Shown here: one piece after another, positions 1-10,436 of the stretch
How the letters are laid out: each line of letters begins with the position of its first letter
How positions within the stretch are numbered: position 1 is the stretch's first letter
Assembly (NCBI GenBank): GCA_965613025.1
Contig: CBFDUE010000002.1
Coordinates: 13,974-77,973 of the forward strand
Direction of reading: 5' to 3'
Origin: an uncultured bacterium
Lineage (GTDB): Bacteria; Desulfobacterota; DSM-4660; Desulfatiglandales; JALVMZ01
DNA length: 64,000 bases
Notes under the pieces: generated by a model
The model's database searches: none
What the model was told of the DNA's origin: nothing
The model's input: only the letters and a program-made list of their open reading frames with translations
Position numbers and translations under genes: made by a program

Positions 1-1767
1 CTCTTGCCTCTCTTCCTTTGTCTCTGCAAGTATCATCTCTTGAACTATTGGAAGTCTATCTGGCTGATTAAACATTCTTTCAGTCCTGCAAAGCCCTATC
101 CCTTTTGCCCCATATTTCCTCGCCTTTTTGGCTGCCTCTGGGGTATCTGCATTTGCCATAACCTGAAGGGTGCTCATCTCATCAGCCCATTCCAGCAGAA
201 CCAAAAGATCTTCTACAAATTCAGGCTCAACTGTGGGAATCTCATCCAGATACACCTTGCCTGTTGTTCCATCAATTGTGATAATATCTCCTTCTCTCAG
301 CACCACATCTCCCACAACTGCCTCTTTTGCCTGAACATCTACAGAGATAGCCTCACATCCTGATACACAGGGCTTTCCCATACTCCTGGCAACCACTGCA
401 GCATGGGATGTCTTGCCACCACGACTTGTAAGAATCCCCTGAGATGCAAAAAAACCGTGTATATCTTCTGGTTTGGTCTCTTCTCTTAATAGGATTACCT
501 TTTCACCCAGCTTCCCTTTTAATTCTGCTCTATCTGCATCAAAGACGATCTTTCCTGAAGCCGCACCAGGAGAGGCAGGAATCCCCTGTGCCAATGGTTC
601 TTTATCTATCTTGGGATCCAGTCTTGGATGCAGAAGTTGAACTAACATCTCTGGCTTAACTCTAAGCACCGCCTCCTGCTCAGATATAAGCCCCTCATTT
701 ACCATATCAATGGAGCTCTTAATGAATGCATCCGCATTCATCTTGGCATCACGGGTCTGAAGGCAGTAAAGTCTCCCTTTTTCAATTGTAAATTCAAAGT
801 CCTGCACCTCTCTATAGTGCCTTTCCAAGGTATGCCTTAGGTTTTCAAGCTCTCTATAGACCTGGGGCATCTCTTTCCTGAGCTCCTTTATGGGCTTGGG
901 AGTCCTGATTCCTGCAACCACATCCTCACCCTGTGCATTTACCATGTACTCCCCAAACAGACGATTTTCACCTGTTGCAGGGTTTCTGGTAAAGGCAACT
1001 CCTGTGGCACTATCCTCACCCATATTTCCAAATACCATTGTGCAGATATTAACTGCAGTGCCATTGGCCATATCAGGTGTGATATTAAACTCCCTTCTAT
1101 AGTCAACTGCCCTTTTGCCCATCCAGGAATCAAATACTGCTCTTACCGCAATAAATAGCTGCTGATAGGGATCTGAAGGAAATTCCTTACCTGTCTTTTC
1201 TTTTACAAGCTCAAGAAACCTTTTACACAGTTCTTTAAGCGCATCTGAAGAAAGATCAGTATCAAACCTTGCATTGTTCTCTGCCTTGATCTCTTCAAAT
1301 ATGCGATTAAATTCCGCTTCATCCACCCTAAGGCCTATCTCACCAAATAGCTGAATAAATCTTCTATAGGCATCATAGGCAAATCTCTCATTATCTGTTG
1401 CCTTTGCAAGCCCCTTTACAGTGTCTTCATTAAGTCCCAGATTTAATATGGTATCCATCATGCCTGGCATGGATATGGCTGCTCCTGATCTGACAGATAC
1501 AAGCAGGGGATTTTTAGGATCTCCAAATCCCTTCCCTGTCTTTTCTTCAAGCCTCTTCATGGCATCCCTTATCTGGCTTTTTAGCTCCTCTGATATCTCT
1601 TTCTCTTTGCTTTCAAGATATTCAATGCATGCCTCAGTGGTGATGACAAAGCCAGGGGGAACAGGCAGACCGATCTGGGTCATCTCACACAGGTTTGCCC
1701 CCTTTCCACCTAAGAGCTTTTTATTCTTTGAATCCCCCTCTTCAAAAAAATATATGTATCTTTTCAT
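1..1767 (-). CDS. ppdK: Pyruvate, phosphate dikinase, N-terminal 589 codons (3' end lies beyond the window start)
   Basis: Missing from the ORF track because it runs off the edge. The reverse strand from ATG 1767..1765 (SD GGGAGGAAGG upstream) reads MKRYIYFFEEGDSKNKKLLGGKGANLCEMTQIGLPVPPGFVITTEAC. The phosphohistidine motif GGKTSHAAVVARSMGKPCVSG follows later. The frame is open to position 1. Confidence 0.9.
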   Translation of the reverse strand, partial: MKRYIYFFEEGDSKNKKLLGGKGANLCEMTQIGLPVPPGFVITTEACIEYLESKEKEISEELKSQIRDAMKRLEEKTGKGFGDPKNPLLVSVRSGAAISMPGMMDTILNLGLNEDTVKGLAKATDNERFAYDAYRRFIQLFGEIGLRVDEAEFNRIFEEIKAENNARFDTDLSSDALKELCKRFLELVKEKTGKEFPSDPYQQLFIAVRAVFDSWMGKRAVDYRREFNITPDMANGTAVNICTMVFGNMGEDSATGVAFTRNPATGENRLFGEYMVNAQGEDVVAGIRTPKPIKELRKEMPQVYRELENLRHTLERHYREVQDFEFTIEKGRLYCLQTRDAKMNADAFIKSSIDMVNEGLISEQEAVLRVKPEMLVQLLHPRLDPKIDKEPLAQGIPASPGAASGKIVFDADRAELKGKLGEKVILLREETKPEDIHGFFASQGILTSRGGKTSHAAVVARSMGKPCVSGCEAISVDVQAKEAVVGDVVLREGDIITIDGTTGKVYLDEIPTVEPEFVEDLLVLLEWADEMSTLQVMANADTPEAAKKARKYGAKGIGLCRTERMFNQPDRLPIVQEMILAETKEERQE

Positions 1768-1946
1768 CTTCCTTCCTCCCTATCCCTTTTTCTTGTATAT
1801 TCAAAAAGATATGCAAAACCAAACAGGGTGATAAATAAGAAGAAGATCTTTGAAAATGTAGGAGGTGAAAAGAAAAATTTGGCAATTAACAAAGAAACCA
1901 AAAATGCGATTATGAGTCTCAAAAATAGGATCTTAATGGAAGGCAT
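1764..1946 (-). CDS. Small hydrophobic protein (60 aa, about 2 TM), hypothetical
   Basis: The ORF is packed tightly: its start abuts the upstream stop (TAGATG) and its stop overlaps the ppdK start by 4 nt. Composition is hydrophobic. I recognise no homology. Confidence 0.35.
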   Translation of the reverse strand: MPSIKILFLRLIIAFLVSLLIAKFFFSPPTFSKIFFLFITLFGFAYLFEYTRKRDREEGR

Positions 1947-2288
1947 TTAGTCTTTATCCCTTTTCCTTTTAAATGGGATCACCTTTGGGTTCTTATCTAC
2001 GGCCTCTTTCTCTGTTTCACTTTGCTCAGATTGGGCCTGCTCTTTCAGGTATTTTACCTTTTCAAGCCTGACAGGATTACCACCCATTGTAAATTCCACA
2101 CCATTTATGTATTCACGTCTCAATATCCATACTATAGGCTTAGGGGGTATGGTGAGCAATAGCAGGGTGACCTGATACCAGTCCTTTTTTATATCTGGCT
2201 CAATAGATTCAATCCGTGCATATAGAGCAGGCTTATTTTCAAGATAGATTAAGACCAGATCACCTACATCTGTATCTCTGTAATCCAT
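1947..2288 (-). CDS. Hypothetical protein (113 aa from the MDYRD start; the ORF track extends to 2363)
   Basis: The ORF is in the track. The internal ATG at 2288 follows GAGAGGGG and lies 13 nt after the stop of the upstream FmdB gene. The longer form would overlap that gene by 62 nt. No family recognised. Confidence 0.5.
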   Translation of the reverse strand: MDYRDTDVGDLVLIYLENKPALYARIESIEPDIKKDWYQVTLLLLTIPPKPIVWILRREYINGVEFTMGGNPVRLEKVKYLKEQAQSEQSETEKEAVDKNPKVIPFKRKRDKD

Positions 2289-2301
2289 AAGATTACCCCT
2301 C

Positions 2302-2643
2302 TCATTCACTATCTCTGATGACACTACCAGGATCTGTTCTGAGTTTATCCAGCTTTTCTTCAAAGCTGGGTCCTAAGTCCACCCCCATCTTTTGAGCCAT
2401 CTTTTTTGCATGAAGACCTATGTTCCTGGTATCTTTATAAAAAGAGTCATCTTTTGGCTTTGTTGGGTCATATGCCTCAAGCCTATCCTTCTCTGACATA
2501 TGATACACAACTCTGGATATTATCTTCTTTATATCCGATGAACCACACCCCCTGCATCTTATCTCTTTCTCTTCCCCTCGCCTCAATATAAGATACTGAG
2601 AGATAGTCCCACATCTTTTACACTCATACTCATATATAGGCAT
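2302..2643 (-). CDS. FmdB-family zinc-ribbon putative regulatory protein
   Basis: The N-terminus MPIYEYECKRCG...CRGCGS is the hallmark CxxC...CxxC zinc ribbon of the FmdB/TIGR02605 family. Confidence 0.75.
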   Translation of the reverse strand: MPIYEYECKRCGTISQYLILRRGEEKEIRCRGCGSSDIKKIISRVVYHMSEKDRLEAYDPTKPKDDSFYKDTRNIGLHAKKMAQKMGVDLGPSFEEKLDKLRTDPGSVIRDSE

Positions 2644-2717
2644 AATTAATATGCCCCCATCCTATGAAATATCCTAAAGATTAAAATAGATTACCAGATT
2701 AGTAAAGGGAAATTAGA

Positions 2718-5246
2718 TCAGATCTGTATATATTTATAAAGTCTCTTACTGATCTGGGATAATATCTCAGAACGGGTCAATTCCTTTGGAAATAGATTGC
2801 CTTTTCCGGATATGAGATCGTTTAAAGATGATATTGCATTTTGGAAATTGAGATGGCTTAAAGATTCTATGTTACTGATAATATTTAATTTTTGGTATCT
2901 TTTGCCAAGGAAGCTCATATATTTTAAAAGTCCTTTACCTTTTTTAGAGGGCCTTGCCTCCATTGCCCTTGAGGCAATCCAATAGGATTCTAAAAAGCTC
3001 TTAAGTATATTTCCAAACAGAGGGAGCTCTTTAATCCCCTTGAGAGTGGGATAAAATGAGTCATCTTCCAATCTTATATATCCGAGGGTTTCAAAGTATC
3101 TAAGGGTATTCAGGATCTTTGAGTTAATCTCACTTTCTAAAAATGCAAATTCGTTCCTCAAGATCTCTTTTAAAAATTGAAATTCATCAAATAGAAGGGA
3201 TAGATCCCTTTTCCTTTCCTTCCCTTTGAGAATTATAAGGGACAAGAGGCTGGGCTCTAAGAAATAGTGGATAATACAGTTCTTATAATAGTCAAGTTCA
3301 AGCTTTTTATTATCTTCCACATAGAAAAAGGGCTCTTCTTCGTCTATCTCTGGATTTAAGATTTCTACCACTTTTCTATCTGCAAGCATCTTAAGTGTCT
3401 CATCCACTGCATCTTCCATATCATTTAGGCTGTCAGAAAAGGGGGCTTTTATGTGCTGTAAAAATTCATATAGCCTTCTTACACTATCCTTGAGCCATGA
3501 GGCTTGAAAACCGTTTCTATGTGTTGAAAGTATTGCTGTTGAGACTATGGAAATTGGAGTTATTACAGTAACCTGATTAATGGCATTGATTAAGATCAGG
3601 GCAAGATCTCTGGATTCATCCTTTCCATGATCTTCTCTGCCTTCCATATATTCTCTCAAGGATATGGGTCTGTTAAATCTTATATACACCTTCCCATACT
3701 TTCTTTTTAAGATGTTTCTGGCCTTAAAGATCATCCATATATCTTCTCTCTGCTTTTCAGCGCCAGTTATTTCCCTCAATAGCGATCCCTGCTCCACAAT
3801 ACGATCATAGATAATGGAAGCGGGAACAAATATAATATCATTACAACAACCTTCTCTGTATGCCTGAATGAGTATGGAAAGAAAGCCTGTCTTAGGGATA
3901 ACCAGTTTTCCGTTTCTGCTTCTTCCGCCCTCTATAAAGAACTCTATGGGATATCCTTCGCTCAGCAATATCTTTATATATCTGTTAAAGACCTCAGAGT
4001 ATAGCTTTGCACCGGTAAAGGTGCGGCGGATAAAAAATGCCCCAGATTTTCTAAATATGTGCCCAACAGGCCAAAAGGCCAAATTCCTGCCTGCAGCAAT
4101 CCGGGGTGTATGCATATGATTAAGATAGAGCATATGGTTTAATATCAGATAGTCCATATGGCTCTTATGTGATGGGACATACACTAAGGTGCCCTTTCTT
4201 GCCCATTCCCTAAGGGTAGATATCTCATCTAATCTTATATCTATATCATCAAACATCCTCTTCCATAGCCTTTTTAAAAGCAGAGTAAATATCTGGACAT
4301 AGGTGATACTGTAATCTGCCGCAATTTCTTGAAAATATTCCTTTGCCTTTTTTTTGAAATATCTGATCTTTCTTTTATCTCCTTTGCCCATCTTTTCTAT
4401 CTTACTGGTTATTCGAGGGTCAGTGAGGACCATCTCCATGATCTGATCCCTTGATTTCATAATAGGGCCCAGTATTATCCGCTTTTGCCTATCTATCTCC
4501 TCAATTAATCTGTCCCTTAAAGATCGGGCAATTTCCTGAACTGAAGCCATTGAGGAGCATTCCTTTAGATATTCTCTCAGATTAAAGGGTGAGCCAAAAT
4601 CCACAAATACCTGTCTGTGGAATCTGAAAAAAAGAATCATCTTGATAATTGCACCGGGTCTGTCTCTAAGGCCGAAGAAAATCTTTTTTAGTTCGCCCTC
4701 TTCCTTCTCTGGTGCCTGATGATATATGATAAATTGGGGAATAATTATGATGGGATGAGAAATCCGTGATTGGGCCTGAATCAAAAACTGAAGATAATCG
4801 GGTTCCTTTCCCATAAAGTGTCGTCTGAAGATCTTTGGATCTATAAGAAATAGTAGAGAGGGTATCTTGTGTTCAAGGATATAGTTATAGAGGCTTTCCT
4901 CAGATACTCTTTTTTTTCTACTAAATAATCCACTTATACTGTGCCATATATATCTTAAGGCAGGAGCTAAGGGACAGATCCATAGGGGTTTCATACCGAA
5001 TGCATATCTGGGATATGGAAGGCGTTTGCTTCTAAATCCATAGTGAAACAGTAGATAATCAAGGGCACCTCTATATTTAATGGCATATACAATGGTTCCC
5101 TGTCTGTGGAGCTCTCTAAGCCTTTCCTTCCACTTAGGGTCCATATCCATCTTTTTAAACATCTTAAATAGCACATATGTAAGGAAGAGGCCTGGCTTAT
5201 GATCAAATAGATATGGGGATATGGAATCCTTTTTCATATGAGGCAT
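2718..5246 (-). CDS. plsB: Glycerol-3-phosphate acyltransferase
   Basis: 842 aa. It has the acyltransferase HX4D motif VPSHKSHMDYL and the FFIEGGRSRNGK block. Size and layout are typical of PlsB. Confidence 0.85.
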   Translation of the reverse strand: MPHMKKDSISPYLFDHKPGLFLTYVLFKMFKKMDMDPKWKERLRELHRQGTIVYAIKYRGALDYLLFHYGFRSKRLPYPRYAFGMKPLWICPLAPALRYIWHSISGLFSRKKRVSEESLYNYILEHKIPSLLFLIDPKIFRRHFMGKEPDYLQFLIQAQSRISHPIIIIPQFIIYHQAPEKEEGELKKIFFGLRDRPGAIIKMILFFRFHRQVFVDFGSPFNLREYLKECSSMASVQEIARSLRDRLIEEIDRQKRIILGPIMKSRDQIMEMVLTDPRITSKIEKMGKGDKRKIRYFKKKAKEYFQEIAADYSITYVQIFTLLLKRLWKRMFDDIDIRLDEISTLREWARKGTLVYVPSHKSHMDYLILNHMLYLNHMHTPRIAAGRNLAFWPVGHIFRKSGAFFIRRTFTGAKLYSEVFNRYIKILLSEGYPIEFFIEGGRSRNGKLVIPKTGFLSILIQAYREGCCNDIIFVPASIIYDRIVEQGSLLREITGAEKQREDIWMIFKARNILKRKYGKVYIRFNRPISLREYMEGREDHGKDESRDLALILINAINQVTVITPISIVSTAILSTHRNGFQASWLKDSVRRLYEFLQHIKAPFSDSLNDMEDAVDETLKMLADRKVVEILNPEIDEEEPFFYVEDNKKLELDYYKNCIIHYFLEPSLLSLIILKGKERKRDLSLLFDEFQFLKEILRNEFAFLESEINSKILNTLRYFETLGYIRLEDDSFYPTLKGIKELPLFGNILKSFLESYWIASRAMEARPSKKGKGLLKYMSFLGKRYQKLNIISNIESLSHLNFQNAISSLNDLISGKGNLFPKELTRSEILSQISKRLYKYIQI

Positions 5247-5356
5247 AACTAAAGCATATTTTATATAAGATCAATAACAAAAATCAGATTAAGATCCTAT
5301 TGACAAAAGACCATCCATTTATCACAATAACAAAAAAATCTTAAAAGGAGGAGATC

Positions 5357-5857
5357 ATGTTAACTCCTGTGATAATATCAGGGCTTACAATGGATCCTGT
5401 AACCAATAGCCCTGTGGTAATATTAAAGGAGATAAATGGGGACAGAACACTTCCTATCTGGATAGGGGTTCTGGAGGCCACTGCCATTGCAAGTGAGCTC
5501 GAAGGAATTAAGTTTTCAAGACCCATGACCCATGATCTCCTTAAAAACATATTAGGTATGGTAGATATAAAGGTCACCCGCGTAGAGGTATGTGATCTCA
5601 GAGACAATACCTATTATGCCCTGATACATCTTCTGCACAATGGCAAAGAGATAGCCATTGATGCCCGTCCCAGTGATGCCTTGGCACTGTCATTAAGGGT
5701 AAATGCCCCTATATTTGTGGCAGAAGAGGTGATAAGACAATCTGAAAATATAGAGATAGTAACTGAACCCCAGAGCAAGACCAAAAAGGGGAAGAAGAAT
5801 TGGCAAGACATATTGGACGATCTTGAACCCGATGATTTTGGGAAATACAAGATGTAG
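5357..5857 (+). CDS. Bifunctional nuclease (DUF151/BFN) family protein
   Basis: SD AAGGAGGAG precedes the ATG. The pattern PVVILKE...RTLPIWIG..EA.AIA......RPMTHDL and IDARPSDALALSLR is typical of DUF151. Confidence 0.7.
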   Translation: MLTPVIISGLTMDPVTNSPVVILKEINGDRTLPIWIGVLEATAIASELEGIKFSRPMTHDLLKNILGMVDIKVTRVEVCDLRDNTYYALIHLLHNGKEIAIDARPSDALALSLRVNAPIFVAEEVIRQSENIEIVTEPQSKTKKGKKNWQDILDDLEPDDFGKYKM

Positions 5858-5859
5858 AG

Positions 5860-6516
5860 ATGATTGATCTTCACACCCATTCTTTCCTCAGTGATGGTGA
5901 GTTGATCCCTTCAGAGCTTATAAGAAGATATGAGGCCAAAGGCTACAGAGCTGTTGCCATAACTGATCATTGTGATCATTCAAATCTGGAAGAGCTCCTC
6001 TCCAAGCTAATAAGATTAAAGAAAGAGATATCATCCCATTCTTCCATATTGTTTGTACCTGGGATAGAGATAACACATGTGCATCCCAAACTAATTGGGG
6101 ATCTTATAGATAGGGCCAGAAAGATGGGTGCTGAGATTGTGGTGGTGCATGGAGAAAGTATTGTAGAGCCAGTGTTGAAGGGGACAAACAGAGCAGCAAT
6201 TGAAGCTGGTGCAGACATACTTGCACACCCCGGATTGATTGAGATGGAAGATGTGGTGATGGCAAAGGAAAGGGACGTGTTTTTAGAACTTTCTGCAAGA
6301 AAAGGTCATTGCCTTACAAATGGACATGTGGCAAGGCTTGCTATGGAAAAGGGCGCATCTTTACTTCTAAATTCTGATTCTCACTCTCCCTCAGATATAA
6401 TGGATGAAGATCTTGCCAGGTCTATTGTAAAAGGTGCTGGATTGGATAGTAATGGCTTTAGACGATGTATGGAAAATGCCCGCCTTTTGCTAAAGAAAAA
6501 AGGCTATTCCATTTAG
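5860..6516 (+). CDS. PHP-domain metal-dependent phosphoesterase
   Basis: The N-terminal motif IDLHTHSFLSDGEL and later HG/HP/DSH metal-ligand blocks match the PHP family. Confidence 0.75.
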   Translation: MIDLHTHSFLSDGELIPSELIRRYEAKGYRAVAITDHCDHSNLEELLSKLIRLKKEISSHSSILFVPGIEITHVHPKLIGDLIDRARKMGAEIVVVHGESIVEPVLKGTNRAAIEAGADILAHPGLIEMEDVVMAKERDVFLELSARKGHCLTNGHVARLAMEKGASLLLNSDSHSPSDIMDEDLARSIVKGAGLDSNGFRRCMENARLLLKKKGYSI

Positions 6517-6523
6517 TTTAAAG

Positions 6524-8011
6524 ATGAACACTAAGACCCTGTTTAACCTCTTTTCCATATCTGTTGTCCTGTTTTGGTTAATAATGATATCTCTGCTTGT
6601 AATTAATACCCACAAAAGCAATAGAGCCATATATGGAATATCTCCTACAACTGACATAAAGACTCAAGAGAGGAGGGAATGGAAGGAGATATTCTTTAAG
6701 AATAGAAAGGTGGGATATGCACTTACCATCTTAAATCCCATTAAGGATGATGGATATTTCTTTCAGGAAGAGATCTACTTAAGAATGAATATTATGGGAT
6801 ATCTGAATTCCATGAATGTGATAACTCAATGCAAATTAGATCAAAAATTTCAGCTCAGAGAGTTTAACTTCAGGATGAGGTCTGGATTAATGGTTTTTCA
6901 CCTGAAAGGGAGGGTAGTGGCAAAGGAGCTTATTATTGAAAGAGGAGATGGAAAGATCATCCAGAGAATAAGGCTGAAAGAACTGCCCTTAGTAAGTAGT
7001 GCACTTGAATCTTTTTTTATAACTAAGAGGCTTAAGGTTGGGCAGAGTTTTTATATACCCATTTTTGACCCCACCACTTTATCTGTCAGACCTCTGAGGA
7101 TAGAGGTAGCAAAGAGGGAGAAGATCCGCATAAAAAGGCTTACATTTGATTCCTACCTTTTAAGGACTAAGCTTTGGGGAAGAGATTTTAAGGTATGGAT
7201 ATCTGATGATGGAGAGGTCTTAAAAGAGGAAGGCTTCTTGGGACTTACCACTATAAGATCTAATGCAGCTTCGGCACTATCAGGGATTAAAGAATCTTCG
7301 GGACAGGATCTATATGATATAGTGGCAATTAAAGTGGAGCGAAAATTGACAGATATCCCATCATTGAGAACCCTTAAGTTGAGATTAAAGGGGATAGATC
7401 TATCCATCATAGATCCTGATATATGGGATGGAAGGAGACAGAAAAGGATTAAAGATGTTATCGTTATAAGTAAAGAGAGGGTATTGCATAATTTATTCTC
7501 TTATAAGTTGCCTTTTAAAGGAAAGGATATGGAAATCTATCTGAGGGCAGATATAAACATTGAATCTGATAGCCCAGTTATTAAAGAAAAGGCAAAGGAG
7601 ATAATTGGCAGCACAGATAACCCCTTTTGGGCGTGTAAAAAGATTGTAAATTGGGTTTACAAGACATTAGAAAAGCGACCTATGTTTTCCTTTCCAAGTG
7701 CATTGGAGGTATTAAAGGTAAAAGCAGGGGACTGCAATGAGCATGCCGTTTTGACTGCGGCACTTCTAAGGGCAGTTGGTATTCCTGCCAAGGTGGTGAT
7801 CGGCCTGGTATACAATAGAGGATGTTTTTACTATCATGCCTGGAATGAGGCCTATATGGGAGAATGGATCTCATTGGACTCTGTCATGAACCAGATACCT
7901 GCAGATGTAACACACTTAAAGTTAATTGAAGGTGGGCCTGAAAAACAGGCCAAGATCCTCTCATTTATTGGAAAGATAAAGATAGATGTTATGGATTTTA
8001 CTTATGATTGA
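6524..8011 (+). CDS. Membrane-anchored transglutaminase-like protein
   Basis: It has an N-terminal TM helix. The C-terminal transglutaminase core has Cys in GDCNEHAVL, His in YYHAWNE and a following Asp. Confidence 0.75.
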   Translation: MNTKTLFNLFSISVVLFWLIMISLLVINTHKSNRAIYGISPTTDIKTQERREWKEIFFKNRKVGYALTILNPIKDDGYFFQEEIYLRMNIMGYLNSMNVITQCKLDQKFQLREFNFRMRSGLMVFHLKGRVVAKELIIERGDGKIIQRIRLKELPLVSSALESFFITKRLKVGQSFYIPIFDPTTLSVRPLRIEVAKREKIRIKRLTFDSYLLRTKLWGRDFKVWISDDGEVLKEEGFLGLTTIRSNAASALSGIKESSGQDLYDIVAIKVERKLTDIPSLRTLKLRLKGIDLSIIDPDIWDGRRQKRIKDVIVISKERVLHNLFSYKLPFKGKDMEIYLRADINIESDSPVIKEKAKEIIGSTDNPFWACKKIVNWVYKTLEKRPMFSFPSALEVLKVKAGDCNEHAVLTAALLRAVGIPAKVVIGLVYNRGCFYYHAWNEAYMGEWISLDSVMNQIPADVTHLKLIEGGPEKQAKILSFIGKIKIDVMDFTYD

Positions 8012-8738
8012 ACTGGTTAATCTTTCAAAGAGCTATAGGAATATAAAGGCGGTGGATAATATTAATCTAAGGATTGAGAAGGGAACGATCTTTGGGTTCT
8101 TAGGGCCAAATGGTGCTGGAAAGACAACCACTATTAAGATGATGGCAGGAGTTATGAACCCTACAGGTGGAAAGATCATTTTGGATGGAATTGATCTAAT
8201 AAATGACCCTGTTTCAGCCAAGAAAATAGTAGGATATATCCCTGATAGGCCTTTTCTGTATGAGAGACTTACTGGCTGGGAGTTTTTAAAATTAATATCT
8301 GCCCTATATGGTATGAATGGCTCTGCGGAGTTGGATAAGAAGATCTTAAGACTTCTTCATCTATTTGAGATAGCCGAGTGGAAAGACGAACTTATTGAAA
8401 GTTATTCACATGGAATGAAGCAGAGACTGGTTATGTGTTCAGCCCTAATCCATGACCCTAAGATATTGATTGTGGATGAACCCATGGTGGGGCTTGATCC
8501 AAAGGCTATGAGGCTTGTTAAAGAGATCTTTAGAAAAAAGGCACAGGAAGGAATGACCCTATTTATATCCACCCATTCATTAGAAGTAGCACAGGAGTTG
8601 TGTAATGAGGTTGCAATCATTCATAAAGGCAGGATTGTGGCTCAGGGAACCTTAGATGAGTTAAAAAAAGAGGCGCGCTTGGACGGAACCCTTGAAGACA
8701 TATTTTTAAAGATCATAGAAGAGGAAATGAATGATTGA
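8004..8738 (+). CDS. ABC transporter ATP-binding protein
   Basis: Walker A GPNGAGKTT, signature YSHGMKQRL and Walker B ILIVDEP are present. The ATG at 8004 overlaps the upstream stop (ATGATTGA). Confidence 0.9.
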   Translation: MIELVNLSKSYRNIKAVDNINLRIEKGTIFGFLGPNGAGKTTTIKMMAGVMNPTGGKIILDGIDLINDPVSAKKIVGYIPDRPFLYERLTGWEFLKLISALYGMNGSAELDKKILRLLHLFEIAEWKDELIESYSHGMKQRLVMCSALIHDPKILIVDEPMVGLDPKAMRLVKEIFRKKAQEGMTLFISTHSLEVAQELCNEVAIIHKGRIVAQGTLDELKKEARLDGTLEDIFLKIIEEEMND

Positions 8739-10432
8739 TGGAAGATCTGTTAATTCTCATCAGTCCCAGAATCTTAGCCCTTAAAAATAGGGTTAATCGT
8801 ATAGAGAAGAGATCCAAAATTATTTATGCGGTATTGGGAGGAATAATACTTTGGGTGGGGATATCATATGCATGTATAAAAGTGCTTTTTTATTTTAAGT
8901 CAATTGAGGTGATAGGAGATCTTCTAAATTACAGACTGCTTTCCATGATCCTCCTTACCTTTTTTTCCCTCCTTATTATAAGTAACATAATAACCTCACT
9001 TTCTAATCTCTATATATCCAGAGACCTGGAATTACTCCATTCAATGCCAGTTTCTTCAGATAAGATATATGTGGCAAAGGCATTCTATACCCTTCTTGAC
9101 AGCTCCTGGATGATAGCTGTCTTTGGTATCCCTGTGCTTATTGCCTTTGGCTGGGTATATAAGACAGGGGCTCTATATTATTTTCATATGCTCCATTGTA
9201 TATTTGCATTTGTGATTATCTCTGCCAATGTGGGAATAATGGTCACTATGATACTTACAAATCTTTTTCCCGCACAAAGGACAAAAGATATACTCATGTT
9301 ATTGACAGTCATAATGATAGCCTCGCTTTATCTGCTATTTAGACTTCTCAGGCCAGAGAGGCTCGTGGATCCTGACTCCTTTTTTTCCATAATTCATTAT
9401 ATGGGAGCACTTAAAAAGACCGATTCTCCCTATCTTCCCACCTTTTGGATTACCTCTATCTTATGGTCCCTTCTAACAAATGAAAAGGGATCTCCTTTTA
9501 TCTTTAATACACTGATGTTATGGAGCACTGCCTTAGCACTTACTGTGATAAACATATGGCTTTCCAGATGGATCTATTTTAAGGGATATTCAAAGGCCCA
9601 TGAGGCAAAGAGAAGGATTATTACCGGCTCTTTTATAAACAACATCATAAAGAAATTGTTAAGACCTTTTATGTCACAAGATCTCGTTCTAATGATAGAC
9701 AAAGAGATTAGGGCATTTTTTAGAGATAATACCCAATGGTCTCAGCTCTTATTGCTTTTAGCCTTAATTGTAGTCTATCTATATAATTTTAAGGTGCTAC
9801 CTTTAGAGAAGGCATATATACGAATTGATATACTACAGAATGAGATTGCATTTTTGAACTTGGGACTATCTGGTTTTGTTGTATCAGCTATTGCAACGAG
9901 ATTTATTTACCCGTCTATCAGTTCGGAAGGGGAGGCATTTTGGATAATTCGCTCTTCCCCATTTTCTATGCAGAGGTTTATCTGGTGTAAGTATCTATTC
10001 TATCTCCCATTTATGTTAATTTTAGGAGAGATACTAATTATAAGCACAAATATAATTCTAAATGTATCCAAGGCATTAATGTATAGCACTTCAGTAACCC
10101 TTTTTTTTGTTACATTTTCAATAGTAGCAATCGCCTTAAGAATGGGTGCTCAATATCCCAATTTTCGTTATGAAAATATCGCACAGATATCCACTGGTAT
10201 AGGTGGGTTAACCTTTATGATAATAAGTGTGGCTTTTATCATCCTTGTAATGGCAATAGAGACAGGCCCTGTATATATTCTTTTTATGTCTGAATTTAAA
10301 GATATATCCATAAGCATATTAAAATGGATATATATAATCCTTTCATTTTCTTTTGTTCTGTTTTTAACATTTTTTATAACATATAGATCGTTAAAGATAG
10401 CGATTTTAAGGCTTGAAAGATTGGAGACCTAA
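8738..10432 (+). CDS. Polytopic membrane protein, putative ABC-exporter permease partner
   Basis: About 564 aa with many predicted TM helices. It is translationally coupled to the ATPase (TGATG overlap). Confidence 0.6.
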   Translation: MEDLLILISPRILALKNRVNRIEKRSKIIYAVLGGIILWVGISYACIKVLFYFKSIEVIGDLLNYRLLSMILLTFFSLLIISNIITSLSNLYISRDLELLHSMPVSSDKIYVAKAFYTLLDSSWMIAVFGIPVLIAFGWVYKTGALYYFHMLHCIFAFVIISANVGIMVTMILTNLFPAQRTKDILMLLTVIMIASLYLLFRLLRPERLVDPDSFFSIIHYMGALKKTDSPYLPTFWITSILWSLLTNEKGSPFIFNTLMLWSTALALTVINIWLSRWIYFKGYSKAHEAKRRIITGSFINNIIKKLLRPFMSQDLVLMIDKEIRAFFRDNTQWSQLLLLLALIVVYLYNFKVLPLEKAYIRIDILQNEIAFLNLGLSGFVVSAIATRFIYPSISSEGEAFWIIRSSPFSMQRFIWCKYLFYLPFMLILGEILIISTNIILNVSKALMYSTSVTLFFVTFSIVAIALRMGAQYPNFRYENIAQISTGIGGLTFMIISVAFIILVMAIETGPVYILFMSEFKDISISILKWIYIILSFSFVLFLTFFITYRSLKIAILRLERLET

Positions 10433-10436
10433 AATT

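Noticed and set aside
4-1831. Plus-strand ORFs 4-363, 444-659, 890-1102 and 1421-1831 from the ORF track
   Set aside because: They lie antisense to a clearly recognisable ppdK reading frame. Their translations are low-complexity (Cys/Leu/Ser/Pro-rich) with no family resemblance, so they are shadow ORFs.
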